This document shows, one piece after another, positions 29,016 to 38,512 of a stretch of DNA of 64,000 bases. A program made the translations under genes and the position numbers. The notes beneath the pieces are model-generated. The model did not search any database. It saw only the letters and a list, made by a program, of their open reading frames with translations, and was not told where the DNA came from. How positions within the stretch are numbered: position 1 is the stretch's first letter; every line of letters starts with the position of its first letter. Source of the stretch: Acidobacteriota bacterium (GTDB lineage: Bacteria; Acidobacteriota; UBA890; WLXD01); contig CBDBHB010000009.1 in assembly GCA_965205505.1 (NCBI GenBank), forward strand, positions 992,001 to 1,056,000, given 5' to 3'.

Positions 29016-29735
29016 ATGAGCCGAGAGGCGGCGGGATTCACTCTGGTAGAGGTCAGCGTCATCGTCGTTGCCGTACTGGTGGTGCTGTCGATCGTGCTCG
29101 TCAACGTCGGCGACTTCAGTCGTCTGGCGCGGTTCGCGCGTGTGCAGGACGGTGTGACGCGCTTGTGCTCTGCCCTGGCGAGTATGATTCTCGACATTGG
29201 CGATCTGGCCTCACACGAGGAGCATGACCCGAGCGCCGTTGCCGACAGCCCGCCGGTGGGCCTGTTGATTGGCGACGGCCACGCGCCCGCCCTCAACAGC
29301 CAATTACCTGGCGCGGCCGGCACCCCCTGGCTGCTCGCCGAGGGCGAACCATTTGAACAACGCGCTGACTACACAGGCACCCGTCACCGCTTTACTGTCG
29401 ACAAGCTTGCCAACCACCTTTTGTACAACACGCCACTAGGTCAGCCGAGTCGCGGCTATCGTACGCCCACGGACGGAATCGCCTCCGACGACCTGTTCGC
29501 ATGGCGGGGGCCCTACATCAGCGGCCGCGTCGAGGCCGACCCCTGGGGCAATCGCTACATGGCCAACGTGTTCAGCCTGTACGTACCCGCGGCAATCGAC
29601 GGTAGCGGTTTCAAGAGCGCCGTCGTGTGTTACTCGGCCGGCGCCGACGAAGAAGTAGACACGGCCTTCAACCAGCCCAGCGGCTGGGCGAGCGGCGACG
29701 ATGACGTGAGCGCCTTCGTTGCCGTCGGCGGCTGA
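29016..29735 (+). CDS. Prepilin-type / GspG-like pseudopilin
   Basis: G|FTLVE cleavage motif plus hydrophobic helix; WRGPYI...DPWGNRY...SAGAD...GDDD C-terminal motifs. Confidence 0.82.
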   Translation: MSREAAGFTLVEVSVIVVAVLVVLSIVLVNVGDFSRLARFARVQDGVTRLCSALASMILDIGDLASHEEHDPSAVADSPPVGLLIGDGHAPALNSQLPGAAGTPWLLAEGEPFEQRADYTGTRHRFTVDKLANHLLYNTPLGQPSRGYRTPTDGIASDDLFAWRGPYISGRVEADPWGNRYMANVFSLYVPAAIDGSGFKSAVVCYSAGADEEVDTAFNQPSGWASGDDDVSAFVAVGG

Positions 29736-29890
29736 CTCTGATGCAGTCTCCCGAGAGACAGTGTCCTGAGAGACAGCGCCCCGAGACGGAGAGGTAGCCG
29801 AGGGAGACCCGAGTGTCACGCAGCCCTGCGTGAGGTGCCGGGGGCGGGATTCCCTGGTCCGCCCCGGCACCTTGCTCTCTCGCCGCAAAG

Positions 29891-31513
29891 TCAGCGGGCC
29901 GACCGCCTGCGTCGCCGCAACATCCACCCGGCGGCGACGGTCACAACGGTGATCAACGCAATCCCGGTCGCGATCATAACCAACTCGATGGTACTGAGAC
30001 GGTCTCCCCAGTAGTCGGCGGTGCCGAACAGCGAGTCGGCGCCAAAGCCGGTGCTGCTGAAATCCACCGCCGCAACGGTTGCGATGCAGTCCAGGTCGAG
30101 CGGTGCGGTCGAGTCGCGTACGAACGCGCCATAGAGCGCGGTGGTGCAGGTGCCGCCTGATGAGTTCACGGTGACGTGCCCGGCGTGCGGGAAAACGGCG
30201 AACGTCTGGCCCTCTGCGTTGAAATGCGCCCGCAGCCCGTTCAAGCGGGCAACCGGCATCGTTGGATCGAGTCCGCCGTGGAGCATGAGCATGGGGCCGT
30301 CATAGCTGGCAAGTCTTCCGGTGTGCTCATCACGAGGATAACGAGGCCACTGCGACCATGTGGCTGCGAGCGACGTGCTCACTGCGGTGGTCATGAAACT
30401 CCGTTCGACCACGCGCTCGAAGTCTTGCAGGGGAGGCGACGGGTCCGGCCACATCTCGGATAAGGCGATATGACGTTGCAACACCTGCGCATGGGACGCG
30501 GGCTCCTGGCCCGCAGCGCCGCTCTCGAAAAGCCGCGCGAACAACTCGCCGATGGCCAGCAGGTCGCGTAGCTTGCAGCGATCCAGCCGATAGACCATCG
30601 CCGGGATGTACCCTCAGATTTCGGGCCCCGCCATGAGCATGTTGCCGAGCAGCAATTTGACGGTGTTGCCGTCGATCTGCAGGTCGCTGCAGTGCCCATC
30701 GTCGTACTTCCCGGGAAGGGCCTCCGCGACCCCGATCGGGTCGGCGCCGAGATGGCGCGTGCACTCGTCGAACCTCGCGCAGCGTGCCATGAGGTTGCGC
30801 GCGGTAGTGTCGAGGCCGCTGTCGAACTCCGCGAAGGTCCAATCGGCGGGCACGATGCCATCGAGGATCACTCCATCAGGCTGCTCCGGATACAGCATCA
30901 GGTACCGGTTGGCCCAGGTTGTGCCGTAGGAGGCACCGAACACAAAGACGCGATCCTGAACGCCGCGAGTGAGCTCGACGAGTCGGCCGAGGTCATGGGC
31001 CGCCTGGGTGATCGTCAATGCCAGAAGGTCATTGCGTTGAGCGCTGATGAACTCGATACACGGCGCCCACTCCGCGGTGGCGATCTCGCGACCCTCTTCA
31101 CTGTCGAGGTGCTGTTGTTCCGGGCAGGCGAGCAGCGCGCTGCCGCCGACGCCACGGTGATCCAGCGTGTAGACGTCCACGTCGGCGTTCTCGAACAAGC
31201 GGCGCACGCGCGCCAGCGCCTCGACGCCTGAGTCGCCGGGGCCGCCATTCAGGAACCAGACCTGGCGACGCCGTAGCTCGGCCGAGCCGCCAGCGTCTTC
31301 CCGATCGGGATGGCTCGAGCCGAGTATGCGTTTTACCGCTATGCCGATAGTGCCGCCGTTTATGACGTCGCGATGTAGCGGCATGGTCACTTCGGCACAA
31401 TCGGCGCTCTGATCCGTGTCCTCCGCATCGATCGCGCAGGGGCGCCACTCGATCGGCTGCGCCTGCTGCGCGGACATCGCCAGGGCGGCGATCGCTGCCA
31501 ACGTTGCGATCAC
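29891..31513 (-). pseudogene. Secreted alpha/beta hydrolase (TAP-like, S33) interrupted by one in-frame TGA at 30614-30616
   Basis: GGPGDSG, DHRGVGGS, GASYG upstream and GGLDPT, AGH plus C-terminal TM downstream; the two ORFs are in frame (GPEI*GYIPAMVYRLDRC). Confidence 0.8.
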
Positions 31514-32757
31514 TGTCGATGCGCGTGTCGCGTGGCGGCGCCCAAATGTTCCATTGCCTGCCTGAGTTGCGTGTCGTCGAGGTAGGGGGCCGGCCCGAGA
31601 CGTAGCGCGTCGGCGCGGCAGTCGGTGTGAACGCCTAGTTTGCCAAGGCGCAGGCTGAGCTTGGCGGCGTCCGCCGAGCGCAGCGCCAAGAAGCCACCTA
31701 GCTGGCTGAGCGGGGTGTGGCGATCGCGCGACACTATGTCGGGGTCGAGATCCAACGCGTCGAAGGCGGCGGCCAGCAGGCCTACCTGGTGCTGGCTGAC
31801 CTCTCGCAATAGCTCGGGCGCGAGGGCCACACGCTCGAAGAAATCAAACACCTCGGCTGCCCGGTAGTGCGCTGTCGGGTCGTAGGTGGCACCGCCGAAC
31901 CGCGCAGCACCGTCTGCGTAGGTAACCTTGCCGAGATCCGCCTCGCTGAGCGTGTCGAACTCGGCGAACCAACCGGTGACCACCGGGCGCAACTCACAGC
32001 TCGGTGGGAGGCGCAGAAAGCAGTTGCCCTCGCCCAGCTGGCAATACTTGTAGCCGCCACCCACGATGAACGCTGTCTCCAGGCCGAGCCCCCGCACCGA
32101 GAAGGGGATTACGTTGAGGGAGTGGTAAACATCGACGAGCAGCTCCGCTCCCCAGCGTTCGCAGGCAGCGCACAGGTGCTCGAGATGCGGAACACGCTTG
32201 GCGCTTTGGAACATCACCTGGGAGACGGCCACCAACGCGGTACGGTCGTCGATGGTGGCCGCGAGGCGCTCTGCCAGCGTCTCGATCGGCTCCGTCGCGA
32301 GCTTGACCACCTCAATCTGCTCCTCGGCGAGTCGATCGAGTTGTCGCCGCAAGGTGTGAAATTCGCCGTCCGTGGTGATTAGGCGCGGTCGTTCACGGAG
32401 AGGCAGTGCCGACAGCAGACGCACCACCAGCTCATGGGTGTTAGGGCCGAGCGCAATGGCGTCGTCGTCGTCGTCGAGAAGCCGCGCCCAGCCTTGACGC
32501 ACGCGGTGCGCTTTGGCGAAGGCGCGCTCCCATTTTTGGTCGACAAGCTCAGCCGCATCGATCCACGCCTGGCGATGACCGTCGAAACCGCAGTCGGGCC
32601 AAGCCTGGTGGGAGTGACCGGTCAATAGCAGACGCTCGGCTACCCGGAAGCGCTTGTAGTAGCCAGTCAGGGCGTTGGGGGTGGCGTATAGCTGTGCGAT
32701 GTCGAGTCGCGCAGAAAGGGCCGGATCCTCGCTGCGTGCGATCAAGACAGGCGCCAC
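31510..32757 (-). CDS. kynU: Kynureninase
   Basis: LTGHSHQAWP, DVYHS, GGGYKYCQLGEG, TGWFA; adjacent to TDO. Confidence 0.82.
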   Translation of the reverse strand: MAPVLIARSEDPALSARLDIAQLYATPNALTGYYKRFRVAERLLLTGHSHQAWPDCGFDGHRQAWIDAAELVDQKWERAFAKAHRVRQGWARLLDDDDDAIALGPNTHELVVRLLSALPLRERPRLITTDGEFHTLRRQLDRLAEEQIEVVKLATEPIETLAERLAATIDDRTALVAVSQVMFQSAKRVPHLEHLCAACERWGAELLVDVYHSLNVIPFSVRGLGLETAFIVGGGYKYCQLGEGNCFLRLPPSCELRPVVTGWFAEFDTLSEADLGKVTYADGAARFGGATYDPTAHYRAAEVFDFFERVALAPELLREVSQHQVGLLAAAFDALDLDPDIVSRDRHTPLSQLGGFLALRSADAAKLSLRLGKLGVHTDCRADALRLGPAPYLDDTQLRQAMEHLGAATRHAHRQ

Positions 32758-32775
32758 ACCTTCATCACTAGGCCA

Positions 32776-33561
32776 CTAGAGCTCGCTGCGAATCGCCCAC
32801 AAGTCCGGAAACAGCGGCTTGAAAAGCGTGGTTTGGAGGTACTCGGCTCCAGAGCTGCCACCGGTGCCACGCTTGGTGCCTATGGTGCGCTGTACCATCT
32901 TCACGTGTCGGTAGCGCCACTCCTGGATGCCTTCGTCCAGGTCGACCAGTCGCTCGCACACCTGAGACAACGTCTGGTCGGTGCGGTAGATCCGGATGAG
33001 ATGCCCCTGCACCGCCTTGTTCTCCCGAGTCGGCCCCGGCGCTGCGTCCGAGCTTGCTTGGGTCGGTGTCCCCATTCCCTGATTGGCGAGGAAGCCGACG
33101 AAGCGGTCCCAGACCGACGGGGATCGCAGTCGTTCGGCCAGGCGTTGGCGCTCCGGCGATCCGTCGGCAAAGCGCTCGAGCGCGGCAGGTTTCTTCATGC
33201 CCAACGCGAACTCCAGCTCGCGAAACTGGCACGACTCGAAGCCGCTTGCCGAGGCCAATCGATCCCGAAAGCTCAGGAATTCGAGCGGCGTCATCGTCTC
33301 CAGCACGTCGATCTGCGCCACCAGTGTCTTGAGGATCGTCAACACCCGCTTGAGTGTTTGCAGCGCGCCGGCAGTGTCGCCGGCCTCGAATCGAGCGCCC
33401 AGCCGATCGAGCTCGTGGAGCATTTGCTTGAACCACAGCTCGTATACCTGGTGGATGACGATGAAGAGCATCTCGTCGTGCTCGGGGCCATCCGACTTCG
33501 GTTGCTGCAGAGACAGTAGCTCGTCGAGCTTCAGGTATTCCGCGTAGGTGCGCGAGCGCAC
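32776..33561 (-). CDS. kynA: Tryptophan 2,3-dioxygenase
   Basis: HDEMLFIVIHQVYELWFK, ASGFES.QFR, WRYRHVKMVQRTIG.KRGTGGSSG. Confidence 0.96.
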   Translation of the reverse strand: MRSRTYAEYLKLDELLSLQQPKSDGPEHDEMLFIVIHQVYELWFKQMLHELDRLGARFEAGDTAGALQTLKRVLTILKTLVAQIDVLETMTPLEFLSFRDRLASASGFESCQFRELEFALGMKKPAALERFADGSPERQRLAERLRSPSVWDRFVGFLANQGMGTPTQASSDAAPGPTRENKAVQGHLIRIYRTDQTLSQVCERLVDLDEGIQEWRYRHVKMVQRTIGTKRGTGGSSGAEYLQTTLFKPLFPDLWAIRSEL

Positions 33562-33708
33562 GTGATGACTCCGCAGGCTGGAGGTGCCGTTGGCCGGTCG
33601 AGCCGTACCATCGGTGCGCCCGACCCATGACCCATATCTCGGCAGCTTAGCTCAACTCCCAGGTCGAGTCAGAATGCGTCGTGACGGCGTCGGAATGTTG
33701 CGCCGGCG

Positions 33709-33987
33709 CTAGCAGGCCGTGGTGAAAGTGTGGTGGGTCTGGCGACAGGGTCTTGCGAAGTGCAGGCAAGGAGAGAGGAGGAGGCGATGGTTACCCCATC
33801 GTTGACGAGGAACGACGCAGGATCCGCGCGCAACCCCCTGTCGCCCGAAGGGTTACGGCGATTTGGGGCCATTTGCGACGTTGGCCTTCCTCGACGATGG
33901 CTAGGGCATCGCCTGTGTCAGGCCGCCTTGCATCTGGCCCCAACTCGCCGTAACCAGACCCACCACACTTTCACCACGGCCTGCTAG
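33709..33987 (+). mobile_element. 279-bp MITE-like structured repeat, full copy
   Basis: Perfect 34-nt TIRs with CTAG at both ends. Confidence 0.92.
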
Positions 33988-34005
33988 ACATGGTTTGCGT
34001 CTTAC

Positions 34006-34452
34006 TCAGGTCGCCACGGGCGTGGCCTCGTCTCCCTGCAGTGAGGCAGGCTCCCGCAGCAGCGCGGTTGCTTCGATTTCCACCAAGGCCTGCTCGTCGA
34101 CCAGACGCGTGACCTCCATCAGCGCCATGGCCGGATAGTGGCGACCCATGCGTGGGTTCCAAAGCTCACCGAGCTCCGGCAAGCTCCTACGATAGCCATC
34201 GATGTCGGTAACGAACACAGTCAAGCGGCCGATATCGCTCGGTCTGCCCCCGGCCTCGCGCACCACCGCCAGGGTGTTGTCGAGAGCTCGACCGAACTGC
34301 TCTACGAAACCTGCCTCTGGAACGCGACCGCTGCGGTCATGCGCCGTCTGTCCGGCGACGAAGAGCACGCGTCCCCCGGCCGGCCCGAGCATGCCGTTGT
34401 TCCAGCCTCGCGGCGCCCCGAGTTGCTCCGGGTTGATCACCTCGTAGCTCAT
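34006..34452 (-). CDS. RidA/YjgF family protein
   Basis: LFVAGQ, HYPAMAL, LVEIEATA; ATGA overlap with the SDR stop. Confidence 0.9.
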   Translation of the reverse strand: MSYEVINPEQLGAPRGWNNGMLGPAGGRVLFVAGQTAHDRSGRVPEAGFVEQFGRALDNTLAVVREAGGRPSDIGRLTVFVTDIDGYRRSLPELGELWNPRMGRHYPAMALMEVTRLVDEQALVEIEATALLREPASLQGDEATPVAT

Positions 34453-35237
34453 CCCATGAACTCCCCACCATCGATCCCGAGGTCCTGACCGTTTATACCT
34501 CGGCCGGCCTCCTGGCAAAGGAGCAAGGTCAGCTGAGCAACCTCGTCGGGCTCGATGAGGCGCAGCTGCGGAGTGGTCTGCAGGATCGATGCCTGCGCTT
34601 CATCGCGGCTCATGCCAGTCTTGCTCATGATGTTGTCGATCGCGTTCGTCACCATGTCGGTATCGACGTAACCGGGACAGATCGCGTTCACGGTTACGCC
34701 GCGGTTGGCCATTTCGGCCGCGATGCAGCGAGTGAAGCCCAGCATCGCATGCTTCGAGGCCGTGTAGGCCGAAACGTACTTGGCGCCGGTGCGCGACAGA
34801 ACCGACCCGATATTGACCACTCGCCCCCAGCCGCGTTGTGCCATGGCGGGGGCAAACGCCTTGGTGCACAGGAACGTCCCGGTAACGTTGATGTCGAAGA
34901 TCCGGCGCCATTCCTTGAGGGTTTGGTGGTGTAGCGGCGCCGAGCTCGCGATGCCGGCGTTGTTTACCAGGATGTCGACCGCGCCGAGCTGGAGGGCGGC
35001 AGTCTGCGCCAGCGCCTCGACGCTGTCCGGGTCGGCGACGTCGCAGGTCGTGGAGTCGGCGCGCAGCCCGTGGTCGCGGAGCTCGCTGGCCACCCTCTCG
35101 ACTTGATCCGCCGACCTCGCTGCCACCAGCACGTGTGCATCTGCACCGGCAAGCGCTGCGCTGATCGCAGCACCGATGCCGCGTCCGCCGCCGGTGATCA
35201 AGGCGGTCTTGCCTGCGAGTAAGCCGCTCGTCGTCAT
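34449..35237 (-). CDS. Short-chain dehydrogenase/reductase
   Basis: TGGGRGIG, NNAG, YTASK, CPGYVDT. Confidence 0.93.
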   Translation of the reverse strand: MTTSGLLAGKTALITGGGRGIGAAISAALAGADAHVLVAARSADQVERVASELRDHGLRADSTTCDVADPDSVEALAQTAALQLGAVDILVNNAGIASSAPLHHQTLKEWRRIFDINVTGTFLCTKAFAPAMAQRGWGRVVNIGSVLSRTGAKYVSAYTASKHAMLGFTRCIAAEMANRGVTVNAICPGYVDTDMVTNAIDNIMSKTGMSRDEAQASILQTTPQLRLIEPDEVAQLTLLLCQEAGRGINGQDLGIDGGEFMG

Positions 35238-35279
35238 GTCGTCCTGCCTGGTGCATGGTTGCTGATGTCGGTCACCTCC

Positions 35280-35325
35280 GGCAGGGTGCTGCAGAGCTCT
35301 GGTGGGTCTGGTTCAGCACCCTGCC
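35280..35325. repeat. 46-bp mini-derivative of the repeat family
   Basis: 12-bp IR ggcagggtgctg/cagcaccctgcc enclosing ctggtgggtctggtt, which matches the TIR interior; overlaps the stop of the creatininase-family gene. Confidence 0.55.
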
Positions 35326-36062
35326 AGGACCGCCTCACAGAGGATCGTCCCGAGAACATCCACCGTCTGGCGACCCTCCTCGGCCGTGGCGCTAGCAGGA
35401 TAGCCGAAGTAGGCGCGCTCGCCGCCCGCCGCCTCGAAAGATCGCTTGCCGTCGATGATCGCCTGTGACAGCGAGGCCGGATTGTCCGGGAGCGTCACGC
35501 GTATCTCGTTGCGAACCAGTTCCGGTCGCTCGGCGAGGACTATGGAGCCCTCGTATTGGCCCGCGTGGCAGGCGCCCGTCTTGAACTCAGCGGTGAGTCG
35601 CGACGCCCAGGGACGCTGGGTGACGTCGGGGAAAATGGTTGTCAGGTTTGCTTCCGTCGCCAACGTGTCGACCGCCCCGTGGATACTCGCCAGGTGGGCC
35701 GGATCGAAATGGGCGTTGGCGAGTGCCACGAACCTGAAGCCATGGCGCGCGAAGCTCCGCGCAACCTCGACTATGGTCGCGACGGCCACTGCCGGAGTCA
35801 CCGAGACGGTGCCCGGGAACGCTTCAGCGAACGGAGCCGCCGTATAGGTCATCGCTGGCAGCAGGAGCGGCAACCAGCCCGTGGCGGCTAACTTCTCAGC
35901 ACCCGACCGTGCCATCGCGGAGGCGATGATGACGTCGGTCCCCAGAGGTAAATGGGGGCCGTGAGCCTCGGTCGCGCCGGTTGGCAGGACGATGACGGTG
36001 TTGTCTCGCTCGAGGTCGCGCACCTCCTCCCAGGTCATTTCGGCAAGGCGGTGCACCGGCAT
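35313..36062 (-). CDS. Creatininase family amidohydrolase
   Basis: PTGATEAHGPHLPLGTD, NAH, HAGQYEGS, ATAEEG. Confidence 0.9.
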   Translation of the reverse strand: MPVHRLAEMTWEEVRDLERDNTVIVLPTGATEAHGPHLPLGTDVIIASAMARSGAEKLAATGWLPLLLPAMTYTAAPFAEAFPGTVSVTPAVAVATIVEVARSFARHGFRFVALANAHFDPAHLASIHGAVDTLATEANLTTIFPDVTQRPWASRLTAEFKTGACHAGQYEGSIVLAERPELVRNEIRVTLPDNPASLSQAIIDGKRSFEAAGGERAYFGYPASATAEEGRQTVDVLGTILCEAVLAGC

Positions 36063-36164
36063 GCCGCGATTTTAGAGTCGCCGGGACCGTACAATGGAAG
36101 TGAATCGTCGAGGCTGCCCGAAGGCGCGTCGATGTCAAGCGGGGCGGGTAAACAGGAGAGTCTG

Positions 36165-37211
36165 ATGCCCAAGGGGCTACGTACCGTGTTGGTGCTCGTT
36201 TCGGCGTTGGTTCTGGTCTCGCTCGCGCTGCTGCTGATCAACCAGACCGCGGGCGTCGTCGCGCTGGCGGAGACCTTCCGGCCAGGGCTGGGACAGGGGG
36301 TGCTCTGGGGGCTGGTGCTCGTCTACACGGTGCTGGCAGTCACGCCGCTGGTGTTGTTTCTGCGGCTGCGCAAGCCTCTGGTGACGCCCGCGTCGACCGG
36401 GGGGCCGGAGTACGAGGCGTACTTGCGGTTGCTCGCGGCGCGACTATCGGCAAGCCCACACGCGACGGGTCGATCGCTCGAAACACTCGACCAGATCGAG
36501 GCGGCGCTCGCGGAGATCGGCGAACGTGCCGATGCTCTGGTCAAGGCGCAGGCCGGGCGCGTGTTCCTTGCCACCGCCATATCGCAGAGCGGACGGCTCG
36601 ACGCCTTCATGGTGCTCGGCATCCAAATGCAAATGGTCTGGCAGTTGGCCCACCTGTACTCGCAGCGCCCGACCGTTCGCGAGCTGCTCCATCTGTATGC
36701 CAACGTGGCGGCGACCGCCTTCGTAGCCGGTTCACTCGAGGACGTTGACGTTAGCGAGCAGGTGGCGCCGATCCTGTCTGCGTCGCTGCCCACGATCGCC
36801 TCCGAGGTACCCGGACTGCGCGTCGCCGCCGGGTTGGTGGCCAACTCGATCGTCACCGGCAGCGCCAACGCGTTCCTGACCCTGCGCGTGGGAATGGTGG
36901 CCAAACGCTACTGCGCGCCGTTGGTGGCGCAAGAGCGTGGAGCCGTTCGCCGCGCAGCGGTGACCCAGGCCACGCGGCTGCTCGGCGAAGTCGTCGCGAG
37001 CGGCAGCACCAAGGTGTCCAAGGCAATCTGGGACGCCTCGCGGCGGGGAGTGAGCGCCACCGTCTCGGGCGTTGCCGGATTGGCGAAGGGTGCTGGCGGT
37101 ACCGTCGCCGACCTTGCCAAGGGGGCGGGTCAAGCTGTCGCCGGTCTCGCCAAGGGGGCTGGCGAGACGGCGTTCTCCGCCGTACGGCGCAAGGAAAAGC
37201 AGCGCGAATAG
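36165..37211 (+). CDS. YcjF/DUF697 family membrane protein
   Basis: TAISQSGRLD, GSANAFLTLRVG; SD AGGAGAG before ATG 36165. Confidence 0.78.
   Translation: MPKGLRTVLVLVSALVLVSLALLLINQTAGVVALAETFRPGLGQGVLWGLVLVYTVLAVTPLVLFLRLRKPLVTPASTGGPEYEAYLRLLAARLSASPHATGRSLETLDQIEAALAEIGERADALVKAQAGRVFLATAISQSGRLDAFMVLGIQMQMVWQLAHLYSQRPTVRELLHLYANVAATAFVAGSLEDVDVSEQVAPILSASLPTIASEVPGLRVAAGLVANSIVTGSANAFLTLRVGMVAKRYCAPLVAQERGAVRRAAVTQATRLLGEVVASGSTKVSKAIWDASRRGVSATVSGVAGLAKGAGGTVADLAKGAGQAVAGLAKGAGETAFSAVRRKEKQRE
37071..37169 (+). repeat. Three 33-bp in-frame tandem repeats
   Basis: VAGLAKGAGGT / VADLAKGAGQA / VAGLAKGAGET. Confidence 0.85.
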
Positions 37212-37229
37212 TAGGGTTGCTCCGGGCCA

Positions 37230-38294
37230 CTAGCCCGTCACCGTTCCACAGGTGCCCGCCGTCGGAAGCTCGGCCGACCCTGTTGCGAAAGGCCCTCCGG
37301 TGAAGCCGAGGTCGTTGCGCGTACCGTCGAGGTCGGTGCACTCCATGGCGGGGTCGCCGCGATTCAGAGCCTTGCCGGCTCCCGCCAGCTCGAAGTCGCT
37401 GTAACTGGCCGCGTCGGCATTGGCCGGCGGGCGCGCCGCGAAGTTCGGGTTGCCATCGATGTTGCGCTCTACCAGCGGGTCGGGCCGTCGACTCTGAAGG
37501 TGGCGGATCTTCTTCCAGTCGCGCCCGTCGCGCAGGATCGCCGCCACCGTATTGCGGTGGAATCCGTTGTAGTGGATTGATGCCTGGCCATTGCTGAAGT
37601 CACAGATGCCGCGGCCGCGTCGGGTTCCGCCCGCGCGTGCGCCGTTCCATGCCAGCAAGTTGTTGCGGATGACCGGCGCGCCGCCGCGGGAGATCACGCC
37701 GTTGCTGTCGCTTCGCACGACGGTGTTGTTGACCACCCAGGGGGAGGCCCCGACGATCTCCACCGCGTGTGGATCGCCGCTCCCGTCGTTGGTGTTGTAG
37801 ATGATCAGGTTGTTGTAGATGAACGGGGTGGCGTCGCCATCGACATAGATTCCGCTTCCCTGCAACTCCGCGCGGTTCCCCGTGACGACCGTGCGCACCA
37901 CCGTCGGGCTGGCGTTGTGGATGAAGATACCTCCCCCACGCTTGGCGACGCCGCCGGTTATCAGCACAGAGTCCAGCACACTGCCCGGTCCCTCTCGACT
38001 CGAGAAGCGCACCACGGGGCCGCGTTCGACACCCCGGATAACGGTGGCCTCGCCGGCGCCGACGATGCGGATCGCTTTGCCGCGGAAGTTGATGCGCTCG
38101 CTGTAGTCGCCGGCCGCCAGCTCGATCACGTCGCCATCGACGGCCGTATCGATCGCCGCTTGAATCGACTCCCCGGGCCCCACCGGGATCGTGTCGCGAC
38201 GCTGATCGAACCCTGCGACGGTCTGTGGGCGTGCGGTCGCCGCCATGGTCACAAGCGCGACGAATACCACTACACGGCGCAGCGTCGGCCGCAT
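37230..38294 (-). CDS. Secreted right-handed beta-helix (pectin-lyase-like) protein
   Basis: Signal peptide; SIQAAID.A.DGD.I....G.Y.E; Asn-rich NN repeats; DGTRNDLGFTGG. Confidence 0.8.
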   Translation of the reverse strand: MRPTLRRVVVFVALVTMAATARPQTVAGFDQRRDTIPVGPGESIQAAIDTAVDGDVIELAAGDYSERINFRGKAIRIVGAGEATVIRGVERGPVVRFSSREGPGSVLDSVLITGGVAKRGGGIFIHNASPTVVRTVVTGNRAELQGSGIYVDGDATPFIYNNLIIYNTNDGSGDPHAVEIVGASPWVVNNTVVRSDSNGVISRGGAPVIRNNLLAWNGARAGGTRRGRGICDFSNGQASIHYNGFHRNTVAAILRDGRDWKKIRHLQSRRPDPLVERNIDGNPNFAARPPANADAASYSDFELAGAGKALNRGDPAMECTDLDGTRNDLGFTGGPFATGSAELPTAGTCGTVTG

Positions 38295-38512
38295 CGATGC
38301 CTTCCGTTGATCGGTGGCGTGCTCATCGTACGGTGGGCTGACCTCACGAGCATGCTACCCGATTCTCGATACGCCGGCGGTAGCGGGCGCAGAGGATTGC
38401 GGGCCACCCGCAGGGTGCGACGGAACCACGCTGTCGAGAGATGCGCGCTGCGCCTCCAATAGGAGAGAATGTACAGTCCCTGCTTCCCATGGGATATGGA
38501 GCGCGAATCACC

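Noticed and set aside
29747-29790. Short degenerate gagagacag tandem units between convergent genes
   Set aside because: Only two or three imperfect units; no function supportable
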